This document shows positions 33,773 to 43,253 of a stretch of DNA of 43,424 nucleotides, one piece after another; positions within the stretch are counted from its first letter, which is position 1; the number at the start of each line of letters is the position of its first letter. The stretch is from a virus. Lineage: Duplodnaviria > Caudoviricetes. Location of the stretch: IMG/VR virus record IMGVR_UViG_3300011335_000213, positions 1 through 43,424 of that record. One strand, 5' to 3'. A model generated the notes under the pieces. The model was not told the origin of the DNA and ran no database searches. It saw only the letters and a program-made list of their open reading frames with translations. The translations under genes and the position numbers were made by a program.

Positions 33773-33848
33773 GCAAAGATTGAATTATAATTTGTCAATA
33801 CTGGGCGTGCTAGGACAGCTGCCATCTGACTACTAAAACGGGGTTAGT

Positions 33849-34829
33849 ATGGCATATTCAGACACAGTGAGCACAACGACATTTAATGCTCTAAAGGTGG
33901 TAGACCACGCCTTTAGACGTTGTCGTCTGCCTGCTCAAGCCATATCTGCTGAGATGCAGACCTATGCCCTAGAGTCTCTTTATTTGTTTTTGTCAGAATT
34001 GGCCAGCATCAAAACACCTAGTTGGTGTATTGAGAAAATGGTCTTGCCAATGTATGAGAATCAACCAATTGTCACTCTGCCTTTAGGTACTGTTGAAGTT
34101 CTTAATCTGAACTATCGCACCCTTCAGCCGGTAACCGGCACAACTACAACCACTTCAACTTCTTACACGGTAAACTTTACGACTCAAACTGTCGTGGATA
34201 CTGTAGGCATTGAATGGTCTGGAGTGTCTACTCCTTTGACTTTTCAAGTTAGCACTAATGGTACTGCGTGGGTAACCGTTGGAACCTTTACAGATACAGC
34301 AAGCTCAGGCGAGATTGTTTGGACAGACATTTCTGGTGCATTGGCTTATCAGTATTTTAGAATTACCTCTACGGCAACTTTTAACTATACCGTGGTGAGC
34401 CTTGGCAACATGCCTCAAGAGATTCCTCTAGGTCAGTTAAATCGTGATAGCTACGTCAACCAGAGCAACAAAGTGTTTCCTGGCAGACCTAGCAGCTATT
34501 ACTTTCAGCGTGACTTAATTAAGCCTGTAGTTTACTTATGGCCTGCTCCTTTTTCTGCTGCTGAACAAGCTCAGTTGATTCTTTGGCGTCATCGTCAGAT
34601 TATGGACACTGCAAACTTGCAGCAAGATGTAGAAGTGCCGCAACGTTGGTTAAATGCAATTGTTGATGGTTTGGCAGCTGAAGTTGCTGCAGAAACACCA
34701 CAAGTTGATCCTCAAATTATGGCCGTGCTTGAGCAAAAAGCAGCCATGAGTCTGCAGCGTGCATGGGACGGCGATAATGACGGTTCACCCATCCAGATCA
34801 ACCCAGGCATCGGGGTTTACACAAGATGA
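33849..34829 (+). CDS. Putative head-tail adaptor / tail tubular-like protein with inserted beta domain
   Basis: AFRRC...E....A..SL, GRPSSYY...LWPAP, VPQRW...I..GLA; Thr-rich insert containing FQVSTNGTAW...YQYFRI. Confidence 0.65.
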   Translation: MAYSDTVSTTTFNALKVVDHAFRRCRLPAQAISAEMQTYALESLYLFLSELASIKTPSWCIEKMVLPMYENQPIVTLPLGTVEVLNLNYRTLQPVTGTTTTTSTSYTVNFTTQTVVDTVGIEWSGVSTPLTFQVSTNGTAWVTVGTFTDTASSGEIVWTDISGALAYQYFRITSTATFNYTVVSLGNMPQEIPLGQLNRDSYVNQSNKVFPGRPSSYYFQRDLIKPVVYLWPAPFSAAEQAQLILWRHRQIMDTANLQQDVEVPQRWLNAIVDGLAAEVAAETPQVDPQIMAVLEQKAAMSLQRAWDGDNDGSPIQINPGIGVYTR

Positions 34830-35128
34830 GTGTATTCCTAGACCCTAGCGGTCAGGCCACGTATGGCATTGCTATATGCGGCCGGTGCTCGCGCAAGATG
34901 TTGCTTGCTGAGCTATCGCCTGACCCAAATTACCCAGGCTTGATGGTTTGTGAAAAAGATCGTGACGAGTACGACCCGTACCGTCTTGCGCCTCGCAGGC
35001 CTGACCAGATTGTCCTTCCGTTTAACCGCCCTGACACACCGATCAATACTCACCCTGCTGGTGTAATTCAAGAAGCCGGTGATGAGTTCTTCATTACTGA
35101 AGACGGTGACGGCTACCTGGAGTTTTAA
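34826..35128 (+). CDS. Conserved Cys-containing virion-cluster protein
   Basis: AICGRC...GLMVC...D..DP....RPD. Confidence 0.75.
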   Translation: MSVFLDPSGQATYGIAICGRCSRKMLLAELSPDPNYPGLMVCEKDRDEYDPYRLAPRRPDQIVLPFNRPDTPINTHPAGVIQEAGDEFFITEDGDGYLEF

Positions 35129-37489
35129 ATGTCTGATGTCCCAAGTAATCTAATACCAACACGAGTCACGCAGCTGCCTGTAGCGCCTGTGGCTGATGCA
35201 AACTCTTTGATGATGATTGTCTACCAAGGCAATAATTATCAAATTCGTGTAGGTGACTTATTGAGCGTGGCCGGAGTGCCTACAAGCACGCAAGTAATTG
35301 AAGGCACAGGCATGACAGGCGGCGGTCAGTTAACTGGCAATGTGACCTTAAGTATTGCTAACGCAGGTGTAGGTTCTACTCAACTCAATACGACTGGTGT
35401 GACTGCTGGCGTATACGGCAATGCTACAAATATTCCGGTTTTTACAGTTGATACAAATGGCCGAGTAACCGCAGCTACTACAATCCCTGCCACCATTTCT
35501 GGCTACGTTCCTACAAGCACTCAAGTCATTGCTGGTAATGGTTTGACAGGTGGTGGAGCATTAAATACCAACGTCACTCTTGCAGCTAGTTACAGCGCCA
35601 CTCTGCCATCTGCAGGTTTCCAATCCGGTTCTGTTGGTGCAGCAAACACTCTAGCTCGTAGTGACCACAAGCACCCTGCAGTTGATCTTTCTGCTGATGA
35701 CCAGGTAGACAATCTGCTTGGATTAAGCAATGGTGGTACTGCTAGAAGTTTAGTTGCCGCTGCAGGTGCAATCATCTGGTCTGGCGCTGATGGTTTGTAT
35801 GTCGGCCCTGTCGGGCTTTCAGGCCAAGTGCTAGTTTCTGGTGGAGCAGGAGCGCCAACTTGGGGTTCTGCCTTGTTGGTTGTTGATCAACCTGCAAATG
35901 TGGTTTATGCAGGCCCTGCAGCAGGCGCTGCTGCTCCTACAGCTTTTAGGGCATTGGTCAATGCTGACTTGCCGGCTTCTGGCGTGGCAGCAAACACCTA
36001 TGGGTCATCTACTGCAATTCCTGTATTGACTGTTAACGCTAAAGGCGTGATCACTAGCGCAACAACCGTAAGTTTTACAGGCGGTTTGTCATACCAAGGT
36101 TCTTGGAATGCATCAACTAACACGCCCACGTTGGCTTCTAGTGTTGGCACAAACGGTTACTACTACATAGTGTCTGTTGCAGGCTCGACCAATCTGAATG
36201 GTGTGACTGATTGGCAAGTCGGTGACTGGGCAATTTTTAACGGCACAGTTTGGCAAAAGATTGACCAGACCAACTTGGTCAGTTCTGTCAATGGTCAAGT
36301 TGGTGCTGTCAGCCTTGCTTATGCGGATCTGGCCGGCGCTATTCCTACTTGGAACCAAAATACTTCTGGTACAGCCGCTGGTTTATCAGCTACTTTGGCT
36401 ATTGGTTCTGGTGGAACAGGTCAAACAACAGCAGGTGCTGCATTCAATGCTTTGTCACCCATCACCACAACTGGCGATTTAATTCTTGGCAATGGTACAA
36501 ACAGTGCTACTCGTTTGGCAATTGGCACTAATGGATACTTGCTGACTTCAGTTGGAGGTACAGCGGCTTGGGCAGCTGCTCCTGCAGGTGGAGTAACCAC
36601 TTTTAGCGCAGGTACAACCGGCTTTACGCCTTCTTCTGCCACAACTGGCGCTATTACTTTAGCCGGTACCTTAGCTGTTGCTAATGGCGGTACTGGTGTT
36701 ACTACTTCTTCAGGTGCAAACAGTGTTGTTTTGCGTGATGCTAGCCAAAATATTACCGTCAATGCATTAGACGACGCGTATACAAATGTTGCAGCCGCTG
36801 GAACAACAACTACATTGACAGTTGCTTCTGCTCGTAGATACACAGTTACAGGTTCTGGTGGTCAAACTTTTAAACTGCCTGATGCAACCACATTGACAAA
36901 TGGTACTGTTTTTCAGTTTGACAATAACCAGAGTAGTGGTGCAATTACAGTAAACAATAATTCAAATACATTAGTTGTTTCTGTACCTAGCGGCGGTTTT
37001 GTGTTGGTTAATTTATTGTCTAACGCAACCTCAGCAGGTTCTTGGGATAGGCACGATCAAGCACCTTCTAATGTATCTTGGTCAACTAATACATTTGATT
37101 ATGCCGGTTCAATCACCTCTGCAACTTGGAATGGTATTACCGTTGCTGTTAATCGAGGTGGCACAGGACTTGCAAGTTATTCAATTGGCGATACGCTTTA
37201 CGCAAGTGGAGCAACAACTCTATCTAAGCTTGCTTTAGGTACAACTAACTATGTGATGACGGCAGGAGCATCTGCTCCTCAATATGTTGCTCAGTCAACT
37301 TTGTCCGTAGGTTCAGCAACAACGGCTACAACAGCAACAAACCTTGCTGGTGGTGTGGCAAGCCAGATACCTTATCAAACAGGCGCAGGGGCAACAAGCT
37401 TTATTGCCAATGGCACAGCAGGCCAAGTATTGACTTCTGCAGGCGCAAGTGCTCCGGCTTGGGGCGGCATCTCTGGAGGCACATTCTGA
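35129..37489 (+). CDS. Tail fibre protein
   Basis: 786 aa Gly/Thr/Ala-rich; repeated GV.AG.YG....IPV.TV...G..T, L.V..GGTG and VSSVNG..G motifs. Confidence 0.85.
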   Translation: MSDVPSNLIPTRVTQLPVAPVADANSLMMIVYQGNNYQIRVGDLLSVAGVPTSTQVIEGTGMTGGGQLTGNVTLSIANAGVGSTQLNTTGVTAGVYGNATNIPVFTVDTNGRVTAATTIPATISGYVPTSTQVIAGNGLTGGGALNTNVTLAASYSATLPSAGFQSGSVGAANTLARSDHKHPAVDLSADDQVDNLLGLSNGGTARSLVAAAGAIIWSGADGLYVGPVGLSGQVLVSGGAGAPTWGSALLVVDQPANVVYAGPAAGAAAPTAFRALVNADLPASGVAANTYGSSTAIPVLTVNAKGVITSATTVSFTGGLSYQGSWNASTNTPTLASSVGTNGYYYIVSVAGSTNLNGVTDWQVGDWAIFNGTVWQKIDQTNLVSSVNGQVGAVSLAYADLAGAIPTWNQNTSGTAAGLSATLAIGSGGTGQTTAGAAFNALSPITTTGDLILGNGTNSATRLAIGTNGYLLTSVGGTAAWAAAPAGGVTTFSAGTTGFTPSSATTGAITLAGTLAVANGGTGVTTSSGANSVVLRDASQNITVNALDDAYTNVAAAGTTTTLTVASARRYTVTGSGGQTFKLPDATTLTNGTVFQFDNNQSSGAITVNNNSNTLVVSVPSGGFVLVNLLSNATSAGSWDRHDQAPSNVSWSTNTFDYAGSITSATWNGITVAVNRGGTGLASYSIGDTLYASGATTLSKLALGTTNYVMTAGASAPQYVAQSTLSVGSATTATTATNLAGGVASQIPYQTGAGATSFIANGTAGQVLTSAGASAPAWGGISGGTF

Positions 37490-37833
37490 TGATTGAAGAC
37501 TTGATTGAGCGTATGTTCCATGCTAGGAATGCAGCTCACATTGCACATTGGAAGACCAAGTCCTATGCTGAGCATAAAGCTCTTGGGCACTATTACGAGG
37601 ATGTGATAGAAAAGCTTGATGACTTGATTGAAGCTTATCAAGGTACTTTTGGCATTATCGGCAATGTTGAAGACCAAGAGAAAAGCATTGCAAAAACAAT
37701 TCACGATGATATAATTTGGCTGAATGAAAACCGTAGCAAAGTTGCTAAGGGGGTTCCTGCCTTAGAGAACATCGTTGATGAGCTCACAGGCGTGCACATG
37801 AAGACCCTTTACAAACTTGAAAACTTGAGGTAA
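37489..37833 (+). CDS. Ferritin/Dps-like four-helix protein (DUF5856-like)
   Basis: HIAHWKTKSYAEHKALG.YYE....LD.L.E.YQG...LENIVDE.....LYKL; TGATG coupling. Confidence 0.75.
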   Translation: MIEDLIERMFHARNAAHIAHWKTKSYAEHKALGHYYEDVIEKLDDLIEAYQGTFGIIGNVEDQEKSIAKTIHDDIIWLNENRSKVAKGVPALENIVDELTGVHMKTLYKLENLR

Positions 37834-37837
37834 CACT

Positions 37838-38065
37838 ATGGCGGCATCAGGCTTTACACCCATTCAACTCTATCGCACTTCGACAGCAGCGGCTGTGCCT
37901 TTGGCTGCTGACCTAGCTGCCGGTGAGCTAGCTATCAATACAACTGATGAAAAGTTGTATTTTAAGAATGCAGCAGGAACTGTAAAACTGCTCGCAAGCA
38001 ATTCAGCTACGAGCGGCGCTACCAAGGGTCAGGCCATAGCATTCTCAATGATTTTCGGTCTATAA
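37838..38065 (+). CDS. Short tail-fibre-related protein
   Basis: P....LAAGELAINTTDEKLYFK fibre N-terminal motif; ends AIAFSMIFG. Confidence 0.65.
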   Translation: MAASGFTPIQLYRTSTAAAVPLAADLAAGELAINTTDEKLYFKNAAGTVKLLASNSATSGATKGQAIAFSMIFGL

Positions 38066-38074
38066 GGAACCATC

Positions 38075-38467
38075 ATGGCAAATCCAAATATTGTCAACGT
38101 AACGTCCATTCTTGGCACAACAACGTACTTAACGCCCAGCGGCACATCCGCCGTTGTTCTTGTACCTAACGCCGCCGCAAGCGGTACAGTGTTTAAGATC
38201 AATCAGATTGTTGTGGCTAACACCACTGCGTCTGCGGCAAATGCTACTGTGGCGGTATATTCAAATGGCGCCGTGGCTCAAGGCTCTGCGCCTTCTGGTG
38301 GTACAGCCTATCCAGTGGTGTCAGCAGTATCTGTTCCAGCAAATGCGTCATTGATTGCCGTTGACAAAACCACAGCCATCTATCTGATGGAAGGTACGTC
38401 AATCTCAATTACATCGGGTACAGCAAGCGCGTTGACCTACACCATCAGCTACGAAGTCATAACTTAA
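38075..38467 (+). CDS. Conserved beta-rich tail-associated protein
   Basis: MANPNIVNVT...ISYEVI; AAGGA RBS. Confidence 0.7.
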   Translation: MANPNIVNVTSILGTTTYLTPSGTSAVVLVPNAAASGTVFKINQIVVANTTASAANATVAVYSNGAVAQGSAPSGGTAYPVVSAVSVPANASLIAVDKTTAIYLMEGTSISITSGTASALTYTISYEVIT

Positions 38468-38479
38468 ACGGGTAGCACC

Positions 38480-39394
38480 ATGAGTATGCGCTATCAAGCT
38501 GGTATTGTTTTGCCGGGGTACAACCCGTTAAAGGTTCCCAATGCGCCTACGATTGGTACGGCTACGGGTGGGAATGTTTCTGCGTCTGTAACCTTTACTG
38601 CGCCTTCTGATATAGGTGGTGGGGCTATCACTGGGTACACAGTTGTCTCAACACCGAGCGGTATCACTGGTACTGGCGCATCTTCTCCCATTACTGTAAG
38701 TGGTTTGACCAATGGTACGGCGTACACATTTAAAGTGTTTGCGACAAATGCTTACGGCCCAAGCCCTTTGAGTGCGGCTTCTAACTCGGTAACACCAGCA
38801 TTAGCAATTGGCGACGCTTATCAAGGCGGATTTTATGCTGGACAAATTTCAACTACGGGCAATAGTATTGCTGATTACAACTTGGTAGTTGGCCCATTAT
38901 CTTCTGCACAAAACGCAAGTGTGCAATTTAAAACATCTCAAACAGATGATGGTACAGTTTCTAAAATTAACGGCCCCGCCAACAGTGCATCAATGAATAG
39001 TGCTAGTAACCCAGCGGCATTTTTCTGTGAAGGTCTTACTATCGGTGGGTTTAGTGACTGGTATATGCCAGCATATAACGAGTTAGATGTTTGTTACTTT
39101 AATTTAAAACCAACGACATATGCAAATGATACTGGTTCTGGAATAAATGTAAACGCTGTTCCGGCTAGGGCAAGTTACTACACGGCTGGCAACCCTGCAC
39201 AAACTTCAGCAACCAACTTTAGAAGCACAGGTGCAGAGCCTTTTATTGCTACCCTTTACGCAAACTTTTACTGGAATAGTACACAATACTCTCCTGAACG
39301 AGCTTATTTACAGACCTTTCTTTACGGAGCGGTGGCTTTCAACGTAAAAACTGCTACAGCGCCTGTCCGAGCCATTCGCCGTGTTGCAGTTTAA
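38480..39394 (+). CDS. Fibronectin-III plus DUF1566/Lcl-like (C-type lectin fold) putative adhesin, paralogue 1
   Basis: PNAPTIGTAT...GLTNGTAYTFKV.A.N (FN3); IG..YQGGFYAG, DWYMPA..EL, YW.ST, VRAIRRVAV. Confidence 0.8.
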   Translation: MSMRYQAGIVLPGYNPLKVPNAPTIGTATGGNVSASVTFTAPSDIGGGAITGYTVVSTPSGITGTGASSPITVSGLTNGTAYTFKVFATNAYGPSPLSAASNSVTPALAIGDAYQGGFYAGQISTTGNSIADYNLVVGPLSSAQNASVQFKTSQTDDGTVSKINGPANSASMNSASNPAAFFCEGLTIGGFSDWYMPAYNELDVCYFNLKPTTYANDTGSGINVNAVPARASYYTAGNPAQTSATNFRSTGAEPFIATLYANFYWNSTQYSPERAYLQTFLYGAVAFNVKTATAPVRAIRRVAV

Positions 39395-39402
39395 GGAAAC
39401 AT

Positions 39403-40074
39403 ATGCCTAATTTTTCTGGAATGTGGACAGTCACTCAGCAGATGCAAGCTAAGGGTCAAAGTCTTTGGCCTGCTGTTGTGCCTACCGTAATCGGTCAGGC
39501 GTTTGGTGGCGGGTTTTATGCGGGTCAAATTGGTGTTTCTGGTGTTGCTACACACTACATAATTGTTGGGCCAGCGGCATCTGCACAAAGTCCTTTAGCG
39601 TGGAAAAATGCAAACACAGCAACACCCGGTGCTGACAGTGATATTAACGGCCCACAGAATACTGATGACATGGTTGCTGACGGTAACTCTACAGTGTATC
39701 CTTGCGCTCACTTTTGTAATAATTTAGTTACTGGTGGACAATCAGACTGGTATATGCCAGCAAAGAACGAACTTGAGGTTTGCTTTTTTAACTTAAAACC
39801 CACAACAGCAAACAATAACACAGCTTCAGGCATAAACCCAAACGCTGTTCCTGCAAGAGCAAGTAACTATACTGCTGGCACTCCAACACAAACGTCAGCT
39901 ACAAATTTTCAATCAACTGGTGCAGAAACATTTGCCCCATTTGATATTTATTGGTCTAGTACTGAGAGTTCTGCAACGCAAGCTCGTAATCAATACTTTA
40001 ATACGGGCGGTCAATACACTAACAATAAGACTTCTGGTTACGTTGTCCGTGCTATCCGCAGAGTCGCAGTTTAA
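39403..40074 (+). CDS. DUF1566/Lcl-like putative adhesin, paralogue 2 (no FN3)
   Basis: IGQAFGGGFYAG, DWYMPAKNEL, YWSSTE, VRAIRRVAV. Confidence 0.8.
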   Translation: MPNFSGMWTVTQQMQAKGQSLWPAVVPTVIGQAFGGGFYAGQIGVSGVATHYIIVGPAASAQSPLAWKNANTATPGADSDINGPQNTDDMVADGNSTVYPCAHFCNNLVTGGQSDWYMPAKNELEVCFFNLKPTTANNNTASGINPNAVPARASNYTAGTPTQTSATNFQSTGAETFAPFDIYWSSTESSATQARNQYFNTGGQYTNNKTSGYVVRAIRRVAV

Positions 40075-40083
40075 GGAATAGCC

Positions 40084-41082
40084 ATGAGCATTAAACAATA
40101 CCCCGGCGGCATCATCACCAAGAACCCAACAGCACCGACAACTTCGGCGGCTAAAGGTATCTGGACGCTTGACCAAGCATCAAACTACGTGAAGCAAGGC
40201 ATCTGGCCTAGAAGCCCCGGCGCTCCTACGATTGGGACTGCTACGGCTGGTACGTTGTCCGCTACTGTTGCATACACTGCGCCATCTGACCTTGGAACGG
40301 GTACAGTAACATACACAGCAACGTCTAGCCCCGGTGGTTTGACTGGTACAGGCGCATCTCCTATTACGGTCAGCGGATTGACTGGTGGAACGTCCTACAC
40401 CTTTACAGTAACAGCATCAACCCCCGGCGGTACAAGCCCATCAAGCGCAGCATCAAATAGCGTAACGCCAACATCACCATCAATTGGTCAAGCATTTGGC
40501 GGTGGTTACTATGCTGGAAAAATTTCAACTACAGCAAATCAAGTGGCTACACATTATTTAATAGTTGCTGATGCCACTGTGGGCGTATCCTACGGTACAA
40601 CATGGGGGACTATGGGAGTTGTCACTGGCGTAACTTCACGCATAGATGGCCCGACAAACTCATCGACTCTTGCTGCTTTAGGAGTTGATTATGCAGCGGC
40701 TAATTTTTGCGAAAATTTAAACACAGGCGGATATACTGATTGGTATATGCCAGCCATTGATGAACTTGGAGTAGCATATTATTTTCTAAAGCCCAATACA
40801 AGTAACAATGATACTGGGTTTGGGGCAAATTTATACTCTGTTTCACCACAGCCTTACAATACAAACTACGCTACAACTGACCCAACACAAACTACGGCAG
40901 CCGCTTTTCAAACCGCAGGAGCGCAAGCATTTCTTGGAACTTCTGGCGATCATTACCAAGCAAGTTTTGAAAATAATTCCAATACATCTAGAGGTGTTGT
41001 GGGGAGTAGCGGTAGAAACGATCCTAAAAACAAAAACAATACCGCTAGTTATACAAGAGCCTTTCGTAGAGTTGCAGTTTAA
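40084..41082 (+). CDS. FN3 plus DUF1566/Lcl-like putative adhesin, paralogue 3
   Basis: PGAPTIGTAT...GLTGGTSYTFTV; IGQAFGGGYYAG, DWYMPAIDEL, RAFRRVAV. Confidence 0.8.
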   Translation: MSIKQYPGGIITKNPTAPTTSAAKGIWTLDQASNYVKQGIWPRSPGAPTIGTATAGTLSATVAYTAPSDLGTGTVTYTATSSPGGLTGTGASPITVSGLTGGTSYTFTVTASTPGGTSPSSAASNSVTPTSPSIGQAFGGGYYAGKISTTANQVATHYLIVADATVGVSYGTTWGTMGVVTGVTSRIDGPTNSSTLAALGVDYAAANFCENLNTGGYTDWYMPAIDELGVAYYFLKPNTSNNDTGFGANLYSVSPQPYNTNYATTDPTQTTAAAFQTAGAQAFLGTSGDHYQASFENNSNTSRGVVGSSGRNDPKNKNNTASYTRAFRRVAV

Positions 41083-41090
41083 AGGGAAAT

Positions 41091-41507
41091 ATGATTTACC
41101 TATCTATCACTCAAATAGACGCAGTTACAGGCGTTCTTTGCACTGCGGAGCCTATGCGAACTGGTCCATCGTACCCGCAGGTTAAAGGTTTTGTTTTTGT
41201 TTGGGCGGATCAATCAAATTGGCCTATTGCTACGACACCTGAAGGCGCACATACAAGAGCGCCATTGTTCTTTGGTACTTGTAATGACGATGCCGACACT
41301 TCAATTGTTGGTGTTGTAGCTACCTATACGGCAGAAGAGTATGCTTCTTTAAAGACCACTGAACACCAAGCCCGTAAGCCGTATCCTAGCTGGGTTGGTA
41401 ACGAAGAAACAATGACTTGGGCTGCACCTACACCCATGCCAACCGACGACAAGAGTTATGTTTGGGATGAGCCAACAACATTATGGATTGAGGTAACCAA
41501 TGGCTGA
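41091..41507 (+). CDS. Tail-fibre-associated (assembly/chaperone-like) protein, paralogue A
   Basis: KPYPSW......W.APTPMP.D...Y.WDE....W; similar to 41567-41998 along its length. Confidence 0.7.
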   Translation: MIYLSITQIDAVTGVLCTAEPMRTGPSYPQVKGFVFVWADQSNWPIATTPEGAHTRAPLFFGTCNDDADTSIVGVVATYTAEEYASLKTTEHQARKPYPSWVGNEETMTWAAPTPMPTDDKSYVWDEPTTLWIEVTNG

Positions 41508-41548
41508 ACGCTACCCCGGCGGTGTCATCACCCAGAGTTGCAGTTTAA
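41500..41548 (+). pseudogene. Deletion remnant of a fourth adhesin paralogue
   Basis: GAGG RBS plus ATG MAERYPGGVIT (cf. MSIKQYPGGIIT at 40084), joined out of frame to AGAGTTGCAGTTTAA, identical to the last 15 nt of 40084-41082. Confidence 0.85.
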
Positions 41549-41566
41549 TTTTCAAGGAGCATCAAA

Positions 41567-41998
41567 ATGTACATTTGCATAACCGAAGTAGACGCAGTAA
41601 CTAAAATAGTCTGCACAGCCGAGCCACAACGCACAGGCCCATCAATGCCTGCTGTCAAGGGCTATACACATTTATGGCACGATAGTTCAACATGGCCTGT
41701 TGCGACAGCATCCGATGGCACATATCTCAGAGCGCCAAGATACTATGGCACTTGCGATGATGATGCAGACACTACCATTGCTGGTGTTTTGCAAGTCTTA
41801 ACAGAAGCAGAGTACACCACCCTCAGAACCGCAGAACACGAAGCCCGTAAGCCGTACCCATCTTGGGTTGGCTACTTAGACACAATGACTTGGGCTGCAC
41901 CTGTAGCAAGGCCAGCAGATGCCGTGATGAACGGTGGGAATGTACGCTACCAGTGGGACGAGGCTACGGTCAACTGGGTTGCCCAGACTCCAGCATGA
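41567..41998 (+). CDS. Tail-fibre-associated protein, paralogue B
   Basis: IT.VDAVT...CTAEP.RTGPS.P.VKG...RAP..GTC.DDADT...EH.ARKPYPSW shared with paralogue A. Confidence 0.75.
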   Translation: MYICITEVDAVTKIVCTAEPQRTGPSMPAVKGYTHLWHDSSTWPVATASDGTYLRAPRYYGTCDDDADTTIAGVLQVLTEAEYTTLRTAEHEARKPYPSWVGYLDTMTWAAPVARPADAVMNGGNVRYQWDEATVNWVAQTPA

Positions 41999-42813
41999 AA
42001 GAGTTTTTCTTCATCTCTGGTTTGCCACGGTCAGGCTCGACCCTACTCTCGGCTATCTTGCGCCAGAACCCTGAGTTCTATGCAGACATCTCATCCCCCG
42101 TGCAAGGCTTGGTGGCATCGACTATCAACGTCATCACGGGCAGCGAGAGCAACCACTTGGTAGATGAAGACAGGCGCAGGCAGATACTCAAGGACGTAAT
42201 CAACGCATACTACAAAGCCGTCACGCCAAACACCGTGTTTGACACTAGCAGGGGCTGGACATCAAAAACATCACTGCTCAAAGACCTCTACCCACAGACC
42301 AAGATCATTTGCTGTGTGCGTGACTTGCCTTGGATACTGGACAGCTTTGAGCGTATATCGGCTAAGAATTCTTTGTACGGCGCAAGCCTAACAGATGATG
42401 AAGCAAATCAGACAGTCACTACAAGGTGCGATGCCCTAATGGATGTCAAGAAAGAGGGTCAAGTGGTCAAGCCCTACTACTTTCTAGAAGAAGGTTTACT
42501 GCTAAACCCAGACATGATTATGTTGGTGGAGTACGAAATGCTTTGCAAACAACCTGAGAGTGTGATGCGGGAGATATACCAGTTTATTGGCAAACCCTAC
42601 TTTGACCACGATTTCAAAAATGTTGAGTACGAGAACGAGGTGTTTGACAAAGCCTTGAACATGAAGAGTCTGCACACTGTACGCAAGGAAGTAACTTGGC
42701 AAGAGCGTCCATCCATCCTGCCTAAATCGGTGTGGGAAAAGTACGCAGGAAAAGACTTTTGGCGCACACCAGCACCTGACTTTGCTGTCAAACAACTGTA
42801 TAAAGTCAAATGA
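41995..42813 (+). CDS. Sulfotransferase-family protein
   Basis: 5'-PSB FFISGLPRSGSTLL, KIICCVRD...ILDS, VEYE.L...P. Start at ATG 41995 (ATGA overlap). Confidence 0.85.
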   Translation: MKEFFFISGLPRSGSTLLSAILRQNPEFYADISSPVQGLVASTINVITGSESNHLVDEDRRRQILKDVINAYYKAVTPNTVFDTSRGWTSKTSLLKDLYPQTKIICCVRDLPWILDSFERISAKNSLYGASLTDDEANQTVTTRCDALMDVKKEGQVVKPYYFLEEGLLLNPDMIMLVEYEMLCKQPESVMREIYQFIGKPYFDHDFKNVEYENEVFDKALNMKSLHTVRKEVTWQERPSILPKSVWEKYAGKDFWRTPAPDFAVKQLYKVK

Positions 42814-43250
42814 AAATACTGATCATGGGCTTGCCCGGTGCGGGTAAAACCACTCTTGCTACAGCCTTGGCAAGGGAGCTACAGTGCGTCCACTTCAATG
42901 CTGATGAAGTGCGTAAGGAGATCAATAAGGATCTTGGCTTTAGCGTGGCGGACAGGTTGGAACACGCAAGACGCATGGGCGTGATGTGCGACATTGCTTC
43001 AAGGTACGGTGCTCATGTGATTGCCGACTTTGTTTGCCCTACGCCTGAGACACGGGAAGCCTTTGGCGCTCACTTCATTGTCTGGGTGGATCGCATCAAA
43101 GAGGGAAGGTTTGAGGACACCAACAAATTATTTGTACCCCCAGAAAATCACGATGTACGGGTCGATGGTCAGTTTGGTATGCAGTATTACGCAGAAGAAA
43201 TTGCCAAAATGGTCGAGCCACCGCAGCTTAAAGCTCGTTGGACTTATTGA
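42810..43250 (+). CDS. Adenylylsulfate (APS) kinase-like P-loop protein
   Basis: GLPGAGKTT, NADEVR.....DLGFS..DR, DFVCP, F.PP; shorter than canonical CysC. Confidence 0.8.
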   Translation: MKILIMGLPGAGKTTLATALARELQCVHFNADEVRKEINKDLGFSVADRLEHARRMGVMCDIASRYGAHVIADFVCPTPETREAFGAHFIVWVDRIKEGRFEDTNKLFVPPENHDVRVDGQFGMQYYAEEIAKMVEPPQLKARWTY

Positions 43251-43253
43251 GAT

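Noticed and set aside
38480-41548. Complete diversity-generating retroelement
   Set aside because: No reverse transcriptase and no adenine-only-variant template repeat found by eye; kept only as a hypothesis.
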